64,000 nt of DNA from Parachlamydiales bacterium. Lineage in GTDB: Bacteria > Chlamydiota > Chlamydiia > Chlamydiales > Rhabdochlamydiaceae. The notes beneath the pieces are model-generated. The model was given only the letters and a program-made list of their open reading frames with translations. It had not been told where the DNA came from and ran no database searches. Positions 29,752 to 38,497 of this stretch are shown here, piece by piece. Location of the stretch: positions 1,664,001 through 1,728,000 of the forward strand of contig OY970065.1 in assembly GCA_963705295.1 (NCBI GenBank), given 5' to 3'. Positions within the stretch are counted from its first letter, which is position 1, and every line of letters begins with the position of its first letter. A program made the translations under genes and the position numbers.

Positions 29752-31041
29752 TTAGAATTTATCGAGGAAGTGGGGGAGCTCGGCCAGTTTTTGGAAGCCT
29801 GATACTTTGCGGAGGACGGTGCCGTTGGGGTGAAAGACGAGAACGGTGGGCGTGGCCTTCACTTTATAGAAATCGAACCACCGTTGTCCTTTTTCCCGGC
29901 TGATCTTGAGAAAGCAGAGTTTTCCCTGGAACCGAGAAGCCCAGTCATTGTAGATGTTTCTAAAGATCCTGCAGGGCGGGCAGAGTTCGGAGTAAAAATA
30001 GACGGCGGTTGGTTTATCGAAGTGGATATTTTCAAGAGAAGGTACTTCTAGGACAAGTTCGCACATTTTACGTTTATGAGAGTTGCAGGCTGGGGTATCG
30101 ATATATGTTCGGGTTTGGAATGCGGCTTTCGTTGCATCGCCAGCTGCAGTGATCGCTTGTTTGAATTCATTATCTGTCACGTCTCCTGCTGCGAAGAGGC
30201 CCGGTACGGATGTTTCTTGTTGGTTTTTGAGAACAATATACCCACCTTGATCGAGCTCCACTTTCCCTTGAAGAAGCACTGTATTGGGATCGGATCCAAG
30301 GGCCAGAAAAGCTCCATGGACATCGAGGGATTCACCTGTGCTCAGCTGCAGAGATAAGCCCTTTGGTGTTTTTTTGAAGGCTTCGACATGGGCATGGAGA
30401 ACTTTTACATTGAAAAATCTCGCGACATCAAAACACTCTTTTTCGGCAATGACATACACCTCTTTTGCAATTTTAGAGAGGAACTGAGTTTCGATAAGTG
30501 CCTGATTTCCACTTCCACCATTTGCAATTAGGGCGACTTTCTTATTTTTAAATTGATACCCATCGCACGTGGCACAGGTAAAAATTTTTTTATAGAGACT
30601 TTGTTGTTCCCCAGGGACATCAGCGAGTTTGGGCATTCCGCCAAGGGCGACAATGCACGTCTCTGCTTTGATCGTTTCAACCGTCTGTTTTTCGAACAAA
30701 TTTTGAACTTGAATGACAAAAGGTCTCTTCGAAACATCGATATCGACGACCTGTCCATAATAGAAAGCGACCCCTTTTTCTTCCGCTTGGCTTTGGAGCC
30801 GATCCATGAGTTTGGCGCCGCTGATGCGAGTCTCTCCAGGCCAATTATGGATCTTGAACGATTGCACCAATTTGCCGCCCGGCGCACTGCCCGTGATCAC
30901 CAAAGGCTGATACCCCAAATGACTCACTTGAACCGCCGCCGTGAGTGCGGCCACCCCGCTCCCCAAGATGACAACAGGATATTCTTGAGGATTCGCGTAC
31001 AGAAACCCTATACAAATTGATAATATAATCCGCTTTAGCAT
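29752..31041 (-). CDS. Thioredoxin reductase-like flavoprotein fused to a C-terminal thioredoxin, with signal-like N-terminus
   Basis: ILGSGVAAL FAD motif; CATCDG; TSVPGLFAAGD..KQAITAAG; C-terminal CPPC Trx domain. Confidence 0.85.
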   Translation of the reverse strand: MLKRIILSICIGFLYANPQEYPVVILGSGVAALTAAVQVSHLGYQPLVITGSAPGGKLVQSFKIHNWPGETRISGAKLMDRLQSQAEEKGVAFYYGQVVDIDVSKRPFVIQVQNLFEKQTVETIKAETCIVALGGMPKLADVPGEQQSLYKKIFTCATCDGYQFKNKKVALIANGGSGNQALIETQFLSKIAKEVYVIAEKECFDVARFFNVKVLHAHVEAFKKTPKGLSLQLSTGESLDVHGAFLALGSDPNTVLLQGKVELDQGGYIVLKNQQETSVPGLFAAGDVTDNEFKQAITAAGDATKAAFQTRTYIDTPACNSHKRKMCELVLEVPSLENIHFDKPTAVYFYSELCPPCRIFRNIYNDWASRFQGKLCFLKISREKGQRWFDFYKVKATPTVLVFHPNGTVLRKVSGFQKLAELPHFLDKF

Positions 31042-31046
31042 AAAAT
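31017..31046 (+). promoter_or_regulatory. Putative sigma66 promoter of the SRP RNA, lying mostly within the start of the divergent CDS
   Basis: TTGATA-N18-TAAAAT ending 8 nt before the RNA 5' stem. Confidence 0.5.
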
Positions 31047-31054
31047 AACCTTTT

Positions 31055-31150
31055 GCTGGGGATCTTGTGGATAGAGACTCTTCGAACCAGGTCAGGACCG
31101 GAAGGTAGCAGCCTTAAGAGATAGTCTCTATGTTACGATCAATCTCCAGC
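31055..31150 (+). ncRNA. ffs: Signal recognition particle RNA (4.5S)
   Basis: Domain IV CAGGTCAGGACCGGAAGGTAGCAGC; terminal stem GCTGGGGAT/ATCTCCAGC; inner stem TAGAGACT/AGTCTCTA; T-run follows. Confidence 0.93.
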
Positions 31151-31155
31151 TCTTT

Positions 31156-32166
31156 TTAAAAACTCACTGATATCCCACCCGTCGCTCCATGAATCACGGC
31201 GTGCCCATTGGTTCGAATACGATGCTTCGGATGGGGATGCTGAATGATCTGATCGGGTGCAAGAGCAATATTATCTAAAAATAAAACTTGATAAGCGGCG
31301 TGGAGATTGATGTACCTCCATGGCTGGTAGGTGAGAGAGAGACTCGCATCGGTCATCAGCACTGCAGACAACTCGCTCTTCTTGAAGTCCAAGAGGTGCC
31401 TATGGTGATTTCCCATAAAGGTACGTTGTTTATTCCAAGCACACCCAGGACCAGCCTTTAACCTTAAATCCCAACTCAAATACCACGTCGGATTCCAAAT
31501 CACACTGAGGCCCGCCTGAGCAACCCCTATCTGATCCGAAACAGTGATGTCGTAGACGCTTCTATGCTTCTTTGTCCGGTGAAAAGAAAGATCGAGATCT
31601 TCATGCAGATGGACATACCGAAGACCGACCATCCAAGCGGCAGAAAAATAATCCCCTTTTCGAGGGGTCATGTATCTAAAAAAATTGAGCTCTCCATTCT
31701 GAAATCTCGAATCGTAATGGGCGGCTGCAGACCGAGCCTTACTAAACCCATGAAAATACCGCTGATGTTTCCGAGAGAAAAATATTGAACGGTGATGAGG
31801 ATCTAGTCTATGACACGAACTCATCCAAGGACTTATCCATAAGTAATTGGCTTCCAAGGACGTATGCCTTGTCAAATAGGCAGCGCCTGCCTGAAACCCT
31901 GGCTCGTAACGAAATCTTGTGACCAGGTTCTTTCCCGTACAATGCTCAAAGCGAGGCTTCGGCTTGATTAAATTATCAGGCTGATTCCGATCGTGATGCT
32001 TCCGCTTTTTCTTTTTTGAGATCAGGGTATGGCGGCCCCCTTCCGATCGACGGTAGTAGGCGAGATCTCCCCAAAATGACAAATAATTATTTAGACTCCA
32101 ATCATCTTCCCACGCAACCAGTTGAGTACACATTAGAGTCGCCGCAATCCATAGAGATTTTTTCAT
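31156..32166 (-). CDS. Outer-membrane beta-barrel protein (Lpg1974/MOMP-like)
   Basis: Signal peptide; YEPGFQAG; GLRY; alternating beta strands; C-terminal ..GISVSF. Confidence 0.65.
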   Translation of the reverse strand: MKKSLWIAATLMCTQLVAWEDDWSLNNYLSFWGDLAYYRRSEGGRHTLISKKKKRKHHDRNQPDNLIKPKPRFEHCTGKNLVTRFRYEPGFQAGAAYLTRHTSLEANYLWISPWMSSCHRLDPHHRSIFFSRKHQRYFHGFSKARSAAAHYDSRFQNGELNFFRYMTPRKGDYFSAAWMVGLRYVHLHEDLDLSFHRTKKHRSVYDITVSDQIGVAQAGLSVIWNPTWYLSWDLRLKAGPGCAWNKQRTFMGNHHRHLLDFKKSELSAVLMTDASLSLTYQPWRYINLHAAYQVLFLDNIALAPDQIIQHPHPKHRIRTNGHAVIHGATGGISVSF

Positions 32167-32282
32167 AAAGTTTTTACCATACCATCCCGGTAAAATATGC
32201 GTCTAGTGTTCAGTAAAATTAAAATTTATTCTATGTGGTTTAAATATATCTAATTATATTAAAATATTAACATCAAATTAAT

Positions 32283-34997
32283 ATGACAAAGGCAGTTGGT
32301 TACGCTCTTAGTTTTTTTAATCCGTGGGCTTACGGCAAAACCACAACTCAAATAGTCGTGGCTCAAAGTGTCTTGTCTGCAGCGACAACCTATGCGCAAA
32401 ATAGAGCGCTCGAATCTGTCACACAAGTTTCAGATCCTCTTCTAGACAGGGCGTATCAAACAATTAAAACTTTAAAAGAGCAGATCTCATCCAAGAATTT
32501 TTCAGCTGCAGAATCTGCCCAAATGGCTGAAACCCTCAAAAGAGTTCCGCAAACTCTCTTAAGTCTGGGCGAATATGGTCAAATCCAAAGGCTCTGCGTC
32601 CAAATCACTCAAGGAACTCTCTACACGGACAATGATAGAATCACAAAAGTTGAGATCGTTCATGAGATCATTCTCAGGAAATGGGCTCAACAAACAGGCG
32701 TCGTTGCCCGTGTTATAGATGCTGCACAGACTCAGCTTAGTCGAGGAGGGACTCCAACTGCTGCCTCTTCGACGGTAGGTCTTGGGAAAATGGAAGCGGA
32801 CGTGCGAGCCACTCTTGCAGCACGTGTCGTCATGCCATCGCTTCCTGTGGGACCCCAAGAAAATAGAATGGGAGGAATTGAAACTGAATTCAAACGGCTC
32901 CGATCGAATGTTCTCCGCATTCTTCTGGGCCAGCTTGTTCTCCCTCCTGGAAAGAACACGACGGTTTTAAAAATCATGAAAGAGGTCTCTTCCGATGGAG
33001 ATTTCAAAGACAGGATTTACGAACAGATCGATCTCACCCGGTATAATATTATTACGAGGTCACTGTCGAAATGGTATTTCAACTTTTTGGAAGCGATTCT
33101 TTCGTATTACCTGACCACGTTTTTCGACAATTTTCTCAGTGATATAAAACTCTTTGTTGAAAAGGATCCCGACAAACGGCTCGAAGATTTTGTTCAAGTC
33201 GGCGTCAACCCAGCGATCGATTTTTTCACATTCATTCAAGACACTCTGAAAACCATTTCAGACAAAACAGGTCAAAACAAAGCACCTGTTCGGACGTTGG
33301 GAGATCGGATCAACCAAGCTAAAATTGGAGAGTTAACCCAACAACAACTGCTCCATAAACTCATGCGAGCTTTTTTAAGGTACGCACCACAACTTCACTG
33401 GGCTACATCGGCAAGCGACCATTTTTACAGCCGGGGAAAAGATACGGCTTCCTTTGTGGCAAAAACGTGGTTTTATGGGTGGTATTGTTTGTTCGCTATC
33501 ATTGGGAAAATCATCGCACCTCTCCAATGGTCGGTGAATAAAACAATCCACAAAATCTTAGAAAATGCTTTAGCCAAAGTTGCTTTCCCTTCTCTTTACC
33601 AATCGACGATGCAAGCGATCGGTGTTGGAAGCCTCTATTTACACTCCATGAACGATTTCATGCTGAGAAAACTGAATGCGATCGAATTCCAGATTTTAAA
33701 TCCTCAAGACACGGGTCCTAGGAGTGAGCAACACGCTTCTCGGATGATGGAAAAAACCTTCAGCCAATTCGTTAGAAATCTTCTGGAAACCCTCACGACA
33801 TTGGATAAAGCACAAGTCTTAAATAATCTAAGAGAGTTTCAAGCCAATAACGCTGCTCAGACAGTACTGCGTGGTATTGATGAAGGATTAACTTCGAGTA
33901 TCAAATCGACCCTGACAACGCAACTCCTCAGTCTTTTAGAGTCGTTCCTCCAAAAAGAATCTTTGGAAGACTTTCTTCTCCAATCCCTCAGAAACCTCAA
34001 TGAACAATGTTTTAATCCGACCAGCATTACCATAACTCCTGAAGAGATGAAAATTACCGAGCAACGAAGGTCAGGAAAGCTCAAAGAACTCGTTGCCCTC
34101 GCTGTCAATAAAGCCGTGGACGATATTTTTAACCCAGCTCAAAACATTCAAGCCGCAGCAAATGGGTTTGTCGATGGATTCAAAAATGATATTCGTGCAT
34201 TAAACCAGAATATTCAAACACTTCCCCCCAATGATACCGGACGATTATATAAATTATGGGCCGATACACACGCTTCCATCACGAGTCGTTACGAACATGC
34301 AAAATCGAGGGTGAATGGTTCAACGCAAGAGGCGATGCTCCAAATCTTAGACCGATTTAGAAAGGAGACACCTCAGATTGCAGAACGTATCAGAGAGTTG
34401 CATCTCAAAGGCGAAGAGAAAAGAGCAAAGCAAGCTCCTTTGCAAAAATTACAAGGCTGTTTTACCCGCTATCTTCTAAACAAACCAGACGATAGACCTG
34501 AGAAAAATATAGAACTTTTAACTGCTCTCTGTGACCATCTCCGTGGCCCCTACTCGAAAGCGCTGAGTCACAGTTTAACTCAATTTAAAGTCTCTTTAGA
34601 TCAGATCATAAAATTTCCCCTAGCGAGACAGAAGGGGCATAATGAATTGATTGAACAACACATTAAACTTTGCAGACTTCACATTGAAAAAATGTTCGAA
34701 ACAGAGCAATTTGATAGTATTCAAATGTCGCGTGATTTTGCCCTGGTCAAAAAAGACCTAGAACCGCTGAGTGCTTGGGCACAAACAGTTCAACCGATCG
34801 CCTGCGGGGTCGAAGATTCCGTTGTTTTAAGAGGAGCGGAGAAAATTGTGAGTGGTGTCGATGCTAAGAAATTCTTTACCGACAAAATTTACTCGATAGC
34901 CGACGATTTATTTACTTTCCTCCACGAATCTCATCACATGAAAGGTCTCTTGCGCTATATTGCTGCAGGATATCTCGAGAGAAGAAATGGCGCTTGA
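32283..34997 (+). CDS. Hypothetical 904-aa alpha-helical protein, possible secreted effector
   Basis: Long ORF; S/T/Q-rich N-terminus; AT-rich upstream region; no recognised domain. Confidence 0.6.
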   Translation: MTKAVGYALSFFNPWAYGKTTTQIVVAQSVLSAATTYAQNRALESVTQVSDPLLDRAYQTIKTLKEQISSKNFSAAESAQMAETLKRVPQTLLSLGEYGQIQRLCVQITQGTLYTDNDRITKVEIVHEIILRKWAQQTGVVARVIDAAQTQLSRGGTPTAASSTVGLGKMEADVRATLAARVVMPSLPVGPQENRMGGIETEFKRLRSNVLRILLGQLVLPPGKNTTVLKIMKEVSSDGDFKDRIYEQIDLTRYNIITRSLSKWYFNFLEAILSYYLTTFFDNFLSDIKLFVEKDPDKRLEDFVQVGVNPAIDFFTFIQDTLKTISDKTGQNKAPVRTLGDRINQAKIGELTQQQLLHKLMRAFLRYAPQLHWATSASDHFYSRGKDTASFVAKTWFYGWYCLFAIIGKIIAPLQWSVNKTIHKILENALAKVAFPSLYQSTMQAIGVGSLYLHSMNDFMLRKLNAIEFQILNPQDTGPRSEQHASRMMEKTFSQFVRNLLETLTTLDKAQVLNNLREFQANNAAQTVLRGIDEGLTSSIKSTLTTQLLSLLESFLQKESLEDFLLQSLRNLNEQCFNPTSITITPEEMKITEQRRSGKLKELVALAVNKAVDDIFNPAQNIQAAANGFVDGFKNDIRALNQNIQTLPPNDTGRLYKLWADTHASITSRYEHAKSRVNGSTQEAMLQILDRFRKETPQIAERIRELHLKGEEKRAKQAPLQKLQGCFTRYLLNKPDDRPEKNIELLTALCDHLRGPYSKALSHSLTQFKVSLDQIIKFPLARQKGHNELIEQHIKLCRLHIEKMFETEQFDSIQMSRDFALVKKDLEPLSAWAQTVQPIACGVEDSVVLRGAEKIVSGVDAKKFFTDKIYSIADDLFTFLHESHHMKGLLRYIAAGYLERRNGA

Positions 34998-35457
34998 AAA
35001 ACACTTCACGGCTACAGCTTATATTGTCGATCAGGGAAAGGTTCTCCTGATTCTTCATCCTAAGCTTAAAAAATGGCTTCCTCCCGGTGGCCATCTCGAA
35101 GTGAATGAAACCCCTCCGCAATGTGCTAAGAGGGAAGTGAAGGAAGAGACAGGTCTTGATATTGAGTTCATCCGTCAGGAAAATCTTTGGGTCGATTTTT
35201 GGAATGCCTCCAGTATCGAAAGGCCGTATCTTTGTCTCTTAGAAAATATTCCAACCCATGCCGATATTCCAGCACATCAACACATCGACATGATCTTTCT
35301 TGCAAAACCGGTGGGCGGCTCACTTCTTCCCCCTGCTAAATGGTTTACTTTGGAAGAAATCGAACACCTCTCTAACGACGAGGAGATTTTTGCAGAAACG
35401 AAAACAACTCTTCGGCATCTGCTTTCTTCAGACAAGATCCCGTGCGGCACGTTCTAA
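34987..35457 (+). CDS. NUDIX hydrolase
   Basis: PGGHLEVNETPPQCAKREVKEETGL Nudix box. Confidence 0.93.
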   Translation: MALEKHFTATAYIVDQGKVLLILHPKLKKWLPPGGHLEVNETPPQCAKREVKEETGLDIEFIRQENLWVDFWNASSIERPYLCLLENIPTHADIPAHQHIDMIFLAKPVGGSLLPPAKWFTLEEIEHLSNDEEIFAETKTTLRHLLSSDKIPCGTF

Positions 35458-36367
35458 GGCGAGGACATCTCGTCTCAAAAGCTTGTCCATAGGGACAAGG
35501 TCCCTGCCACGCGATATGGTGCTCTCCCAGGGGCTTATAAATGGACGCGCGTGAAGGGCCAAAAAAACTCAGCGATGGAGTCTGAGTCGTCCCACAAAGG
35601 GCCAGTGCGGCAGAATCAACTGCCACGACCAGTTTCATTTTTCGCATCAAAGCTTGCCATACCGGGAACGAGAGGTTCCCAAGAGATATCCCGCCAAACT
35701 TCTCCTGAAGTCTTTCAGCCCTTTCTTTTTCCTCCGGATTTCCCCAGATAAAATAAAAATGGGGATGGTCTTGCTCGGCAATTTTTCGAACGAGATTTTC
35801 TAATGTCAGTTCTGAAAGTGTTTTATTCGACCATTTTGAGCCACAAGCCACCATCACACAATTCGGAGGAACTGCAATCTCTTCTAAATGGAGAGAAACT
35901 CCCTGAGGAATAAAATCTGCAGGATCGTCATAAAACTTTTGAACGAGTTGCAAATACCTTTTTTGGATTTGCAGATGTTGGTCGACGGATATCCGAGTTT
36001 TTGTTGCAAAAAAGTTTGGAAATTCAGCAAGAGACTCCCACCCAAATCCAACTTTGTCGTTTGCTCTCGCCAAGAAGGTGATGCATGCTGACTTGGTGTT
36101 CCCTTGGAGATCGAAAAGAACATCGTAATATTCCTCTCTCAATGCTTTTACGAAGGGCTGGATGTCTCTCCAGCTGCGGAATTTTCTCCAGCTTCTCGAC
36201 TGCAAGGTGATGGCTCTTCGAATGTCCGGATGCGACCTTATGAGACCTTCATACTCTTTTTCCACGACCCAATCGATGACGGCATGCCGTTTTTTCAAAT
36301 ACTCGATGACAGGAAAAGATTGAATAATATCCCCAATGGAGGATGTCTTAACAATGAGAATTTTCAC
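35372..36367 (-). CDS. waaC: Glycosyltransferase family 9, LPS heptosyltransferase I-like
   Basis: MKILIVKTSSIGD, IDWVVE, YDVLFDLQG..KSA, VDSA, FGP. Confidence 0.8.
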   Translation of the reverse strand: MKILIVKTSSIGDIIQSFPVIEYLKKRHAVIDWVVEKEYEGLIRSHPDIRRAITLQSRSWRKFRSWRDIQPFVKALREEYYDVLFDLQGNTKSACITFLARANDKVGFGWESLAEFPNFFATKTRISVDQHLQIQKRYLQLVQKFYDDPADFIPQGVSLHLEEIAVPPNCVMVACGSKWSNKTLSELTLENLVRKIAEQDHPHFYFIWGNPEEKERAERLQEKFGGISLGNLSFPVWQALMRKMKLVVAVDSAALALCGTTQTPSLSFFGPSRASIYKPLGEHHIAWQGPCPYGQAFETRCPRLRTCRTGSCLKKADAEELFSFLQKSPRR

Positions 36368-36412
36368 TACTTAATAGTAGCAAAATATAGATATTTGCGA
36401 TAACACGAGAAA

Positions 36413-37687
36413 ATGAGACAGCCTAAAGAAATGTATTACTTGTCTTTGATCGAAATGTGTCAAAGATTTGCTTTTTGGGGTATTGGGACCTTACTCGTTC
36501 TTTTTCTAGTGCAGCAATATCAATTTTCAGACGCCAAAGCCGCTTCTCTCTATGGGATTTTTACCGGAGTTGCGTTTGTTCTTCCTCTGCTGGGAGGATA
36601 TATTGTCGATCGAACGAGCTACCGCGGCGGGGTGATCGTTGGGTCGATCTCGACTGCAATAGGATGTTTTTTAATCGCTACAGGACAACCCTCTCTCCTT
36701 TATTTGGCATTATTATTCGCAGCGGTCGGTGCCAGTATCTTCACGCCGAGTATCTATACGATTTTGGGCAATGTCTACCACGGCGAATCTTCGCTCAGAG
36801 AAGGGGGCTTTTCCATTTATTACGCGGCCGTCAATATTGGAGTATTTTTAGCGACGTTTATTCTAGGGGCCCTCGGGCATGCAGGGGCGTGGGGAGTGGC
36901 TTTCCTATTGGCCGGTTTTGTGCAGCTTTTAGGACTGGTCATTTTCATCAAAATCATGAAACGGCCCGCTTTTGCTGAATTTCATGGAAGACAGAAAGAA
37001 ATCACGCGAAAGAAAGTTCCTCTGAATACAAAAGAACGAGATAGGATCATCGTCATTTGTGTTCTTTCATTTATTTCGATTCTATTCTGGATCTCGTACA
37101 ACCAGGGATGGTCGTCGATGAGTATCTTTGCCCTCCGTTTCACAGAAAGGCAGTTCGGCTCGTTTAATATGCCCGCTTCGTGGCTTCTTTCTTTTGAGAG
37201 TTTGTTTTTGGTCATTTTAGCGTTTCCGTTGGCATGGTTTTATAATTTTCTCCAAAAAAGAAATCTCAATCCTTCTCCTGCGATGAAAACTTTTTTCAGT
37301 CTCGTTGCCATTGGTTTTTGTTTTTTTCTCATGCGCCTCGGAGCATCTCAAATTCCAGAAGGAGCAAAAGAGGCTGCGGTCAGTCCCTTCTATTTGATCT
37401 CGGCGTACGCTTTCATGGCCATTGGAGAAATGTTTCTAGCCCCGATTGGCCTTTCAATGGTCACTCGTCTCTCTCCGCGCCGTTATACAGCCTTTTTGGT
37501 CGGAGCGTGGTATCTTTGCATCGGCGTTGCTTTTTATCTGGGTGGTCTAATCGCGAGCTTTATGTCGTCGATGCATGAACTTTCGGGGTTTTTCACGATC
37601 TTCGTGCTGGCTTCGTGGATTCCTGCGGTTTTGCTCTTTTTCGGTGCGAAAAAGCTTCAGAAAATGAGCCATACCAACACTCTCTAA
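36413..37687 (+). CDS. Proton-dependent oligopeptide transporter (POT/PTR, MFS)
   Basis: EMCQRF (ExxER variant); GFSIYYAAVNIG PTR2 motif; GEMFLAPIGLS. Confidence 0.9.
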   Translation: MRQPKEMYYLSLIEMCQRFAFWGIGTLLVLFLVQQYQFSDAKAASLYGIFTGVAFVLPLLGGYIVDRTSYRGGVIVGSISTAIGCFLIATGQPSLLYLALLFAAVGASIFTPSIYTILGNVYHGESSLREGGFSIYYAAVNIGVFLATFILGALGHAGAWGVAFLLAGFVQLLGLVIFIKIMKRPAFAEFHGRQKEITRKKVPLNTKERDRIIVICVLSFISILFWISYNQGWSSMSIFALRFTERQFGSFNMPASWLLSFESLFLVILAFPLAWFYNFLQKRNLNPSPAMKTFFSLVAIGFCFFLMRLGASQIPEGAKEAAVSPFYLISAYAFMAIGEMFLAPIGLSMVTRLSPRRYTAFLVGAWYLCIGVAFYLGGLIASFMSSMHELSGFFTIFVLASWIPAVLLFFGAKKLQKMSHTNTL

Positions 37688-38497
37688 GGCTGTCTGGAAG
37701 TCTCGAGGAAGCGGAGCGACGATTTCGATCCGCTCTCCCGTCAATGGATGGGGAAACGAGATTTTATAAGCATGCAGCAGATGCCTTTTGGCCCTGTAAG
37801 GACAACTGAACTTTTTCGCGTATTGATAATCTCCTACAATCGGATGTCCTGATTCTTTCAGATGAACCCGTAGTTGATGGGTCCGCCCCGTGATCGGTTT
37901 GCAAAGCAATAAAGAGCTCTTCTCGCCAAGTCCTACCAGCTCCCACTGAGTCACAGCCTCCATTCCCTTGGGAGATGAACCGTAGATCGTTTGTCCTTGA
38001 TAGAAATGTTTGGGGCTAAGTCTTGAAACAATGGTTTTCGTTTTTTCATGGATGAGGCCATCGACCAGAGTGATGTACTCTTTTTCGACTTTTTTCTCCC
38101 GAAAAAGAGTGATCATTGCATTGAGGATCTCCTCATTTTTTGCAACCAGAAGAACTCCCGATGTTTCTTTATCTAGGCGATGGACCCCCAAGTGACCTGG
38201 GTCACCTGGAAAATTTTTAGCTTCAGAAACAAGGCCCGCCGGCTTATCAAACGCCTTTAAAACATCGTCTTCCCATAAAACAACTGGTTTTAAAACAGCG
38301 ACATCATCTTCGAGATCAATTTCGACAACATCTCCCTTCTTCAGAAGATGGGTTGAAAACGTTTCGACTCTCCCGTTGATCGTACAACTCTTTCTCTCAA
38401 TAGCTCGTTTGATCGCTTTGACAGAAGGGGCGCCTGGAAGATGATCTCTCAGAAAAGCGAGAAGTCGCTCCCCTTTTTCAACCTTAAATTTTTTCAT
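37547..38497 (-). CDS. RluA-family pseudouridine synthase with S4 domain
   Basis: HRLDKETSG, TGRTHQLRVH, LHA. Confidence 0.93.
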   Translation of the reverse strand: MKKFKVEKGERLLAFLRDHLPGAPSVKAIKRAIERKSCTINGRVETFSTHLLKKGDVVEIDLEDDVAVLKPVVLWEDDVLKAFDKPAGLVSEAKNFPGDPGHLGVHRLDKETSGVLLVAKNEEILNAMITLFREKKVEKEYITLVDGLIHEKTKTIVSRLSPKHFYQGQTIYGSSPKGMEAVTQWELVGLGEKSSLLLCKPITGRTHQLRVHLKESGHPIVGDYQYAKKFSCPYRAKRHLLHAYKISFPHPLTGERIEIVAPLPRDFQTALESVGMAHFLKLFRTEKEQNRRNPRSQHEDREKPRKFMHRRHKARD

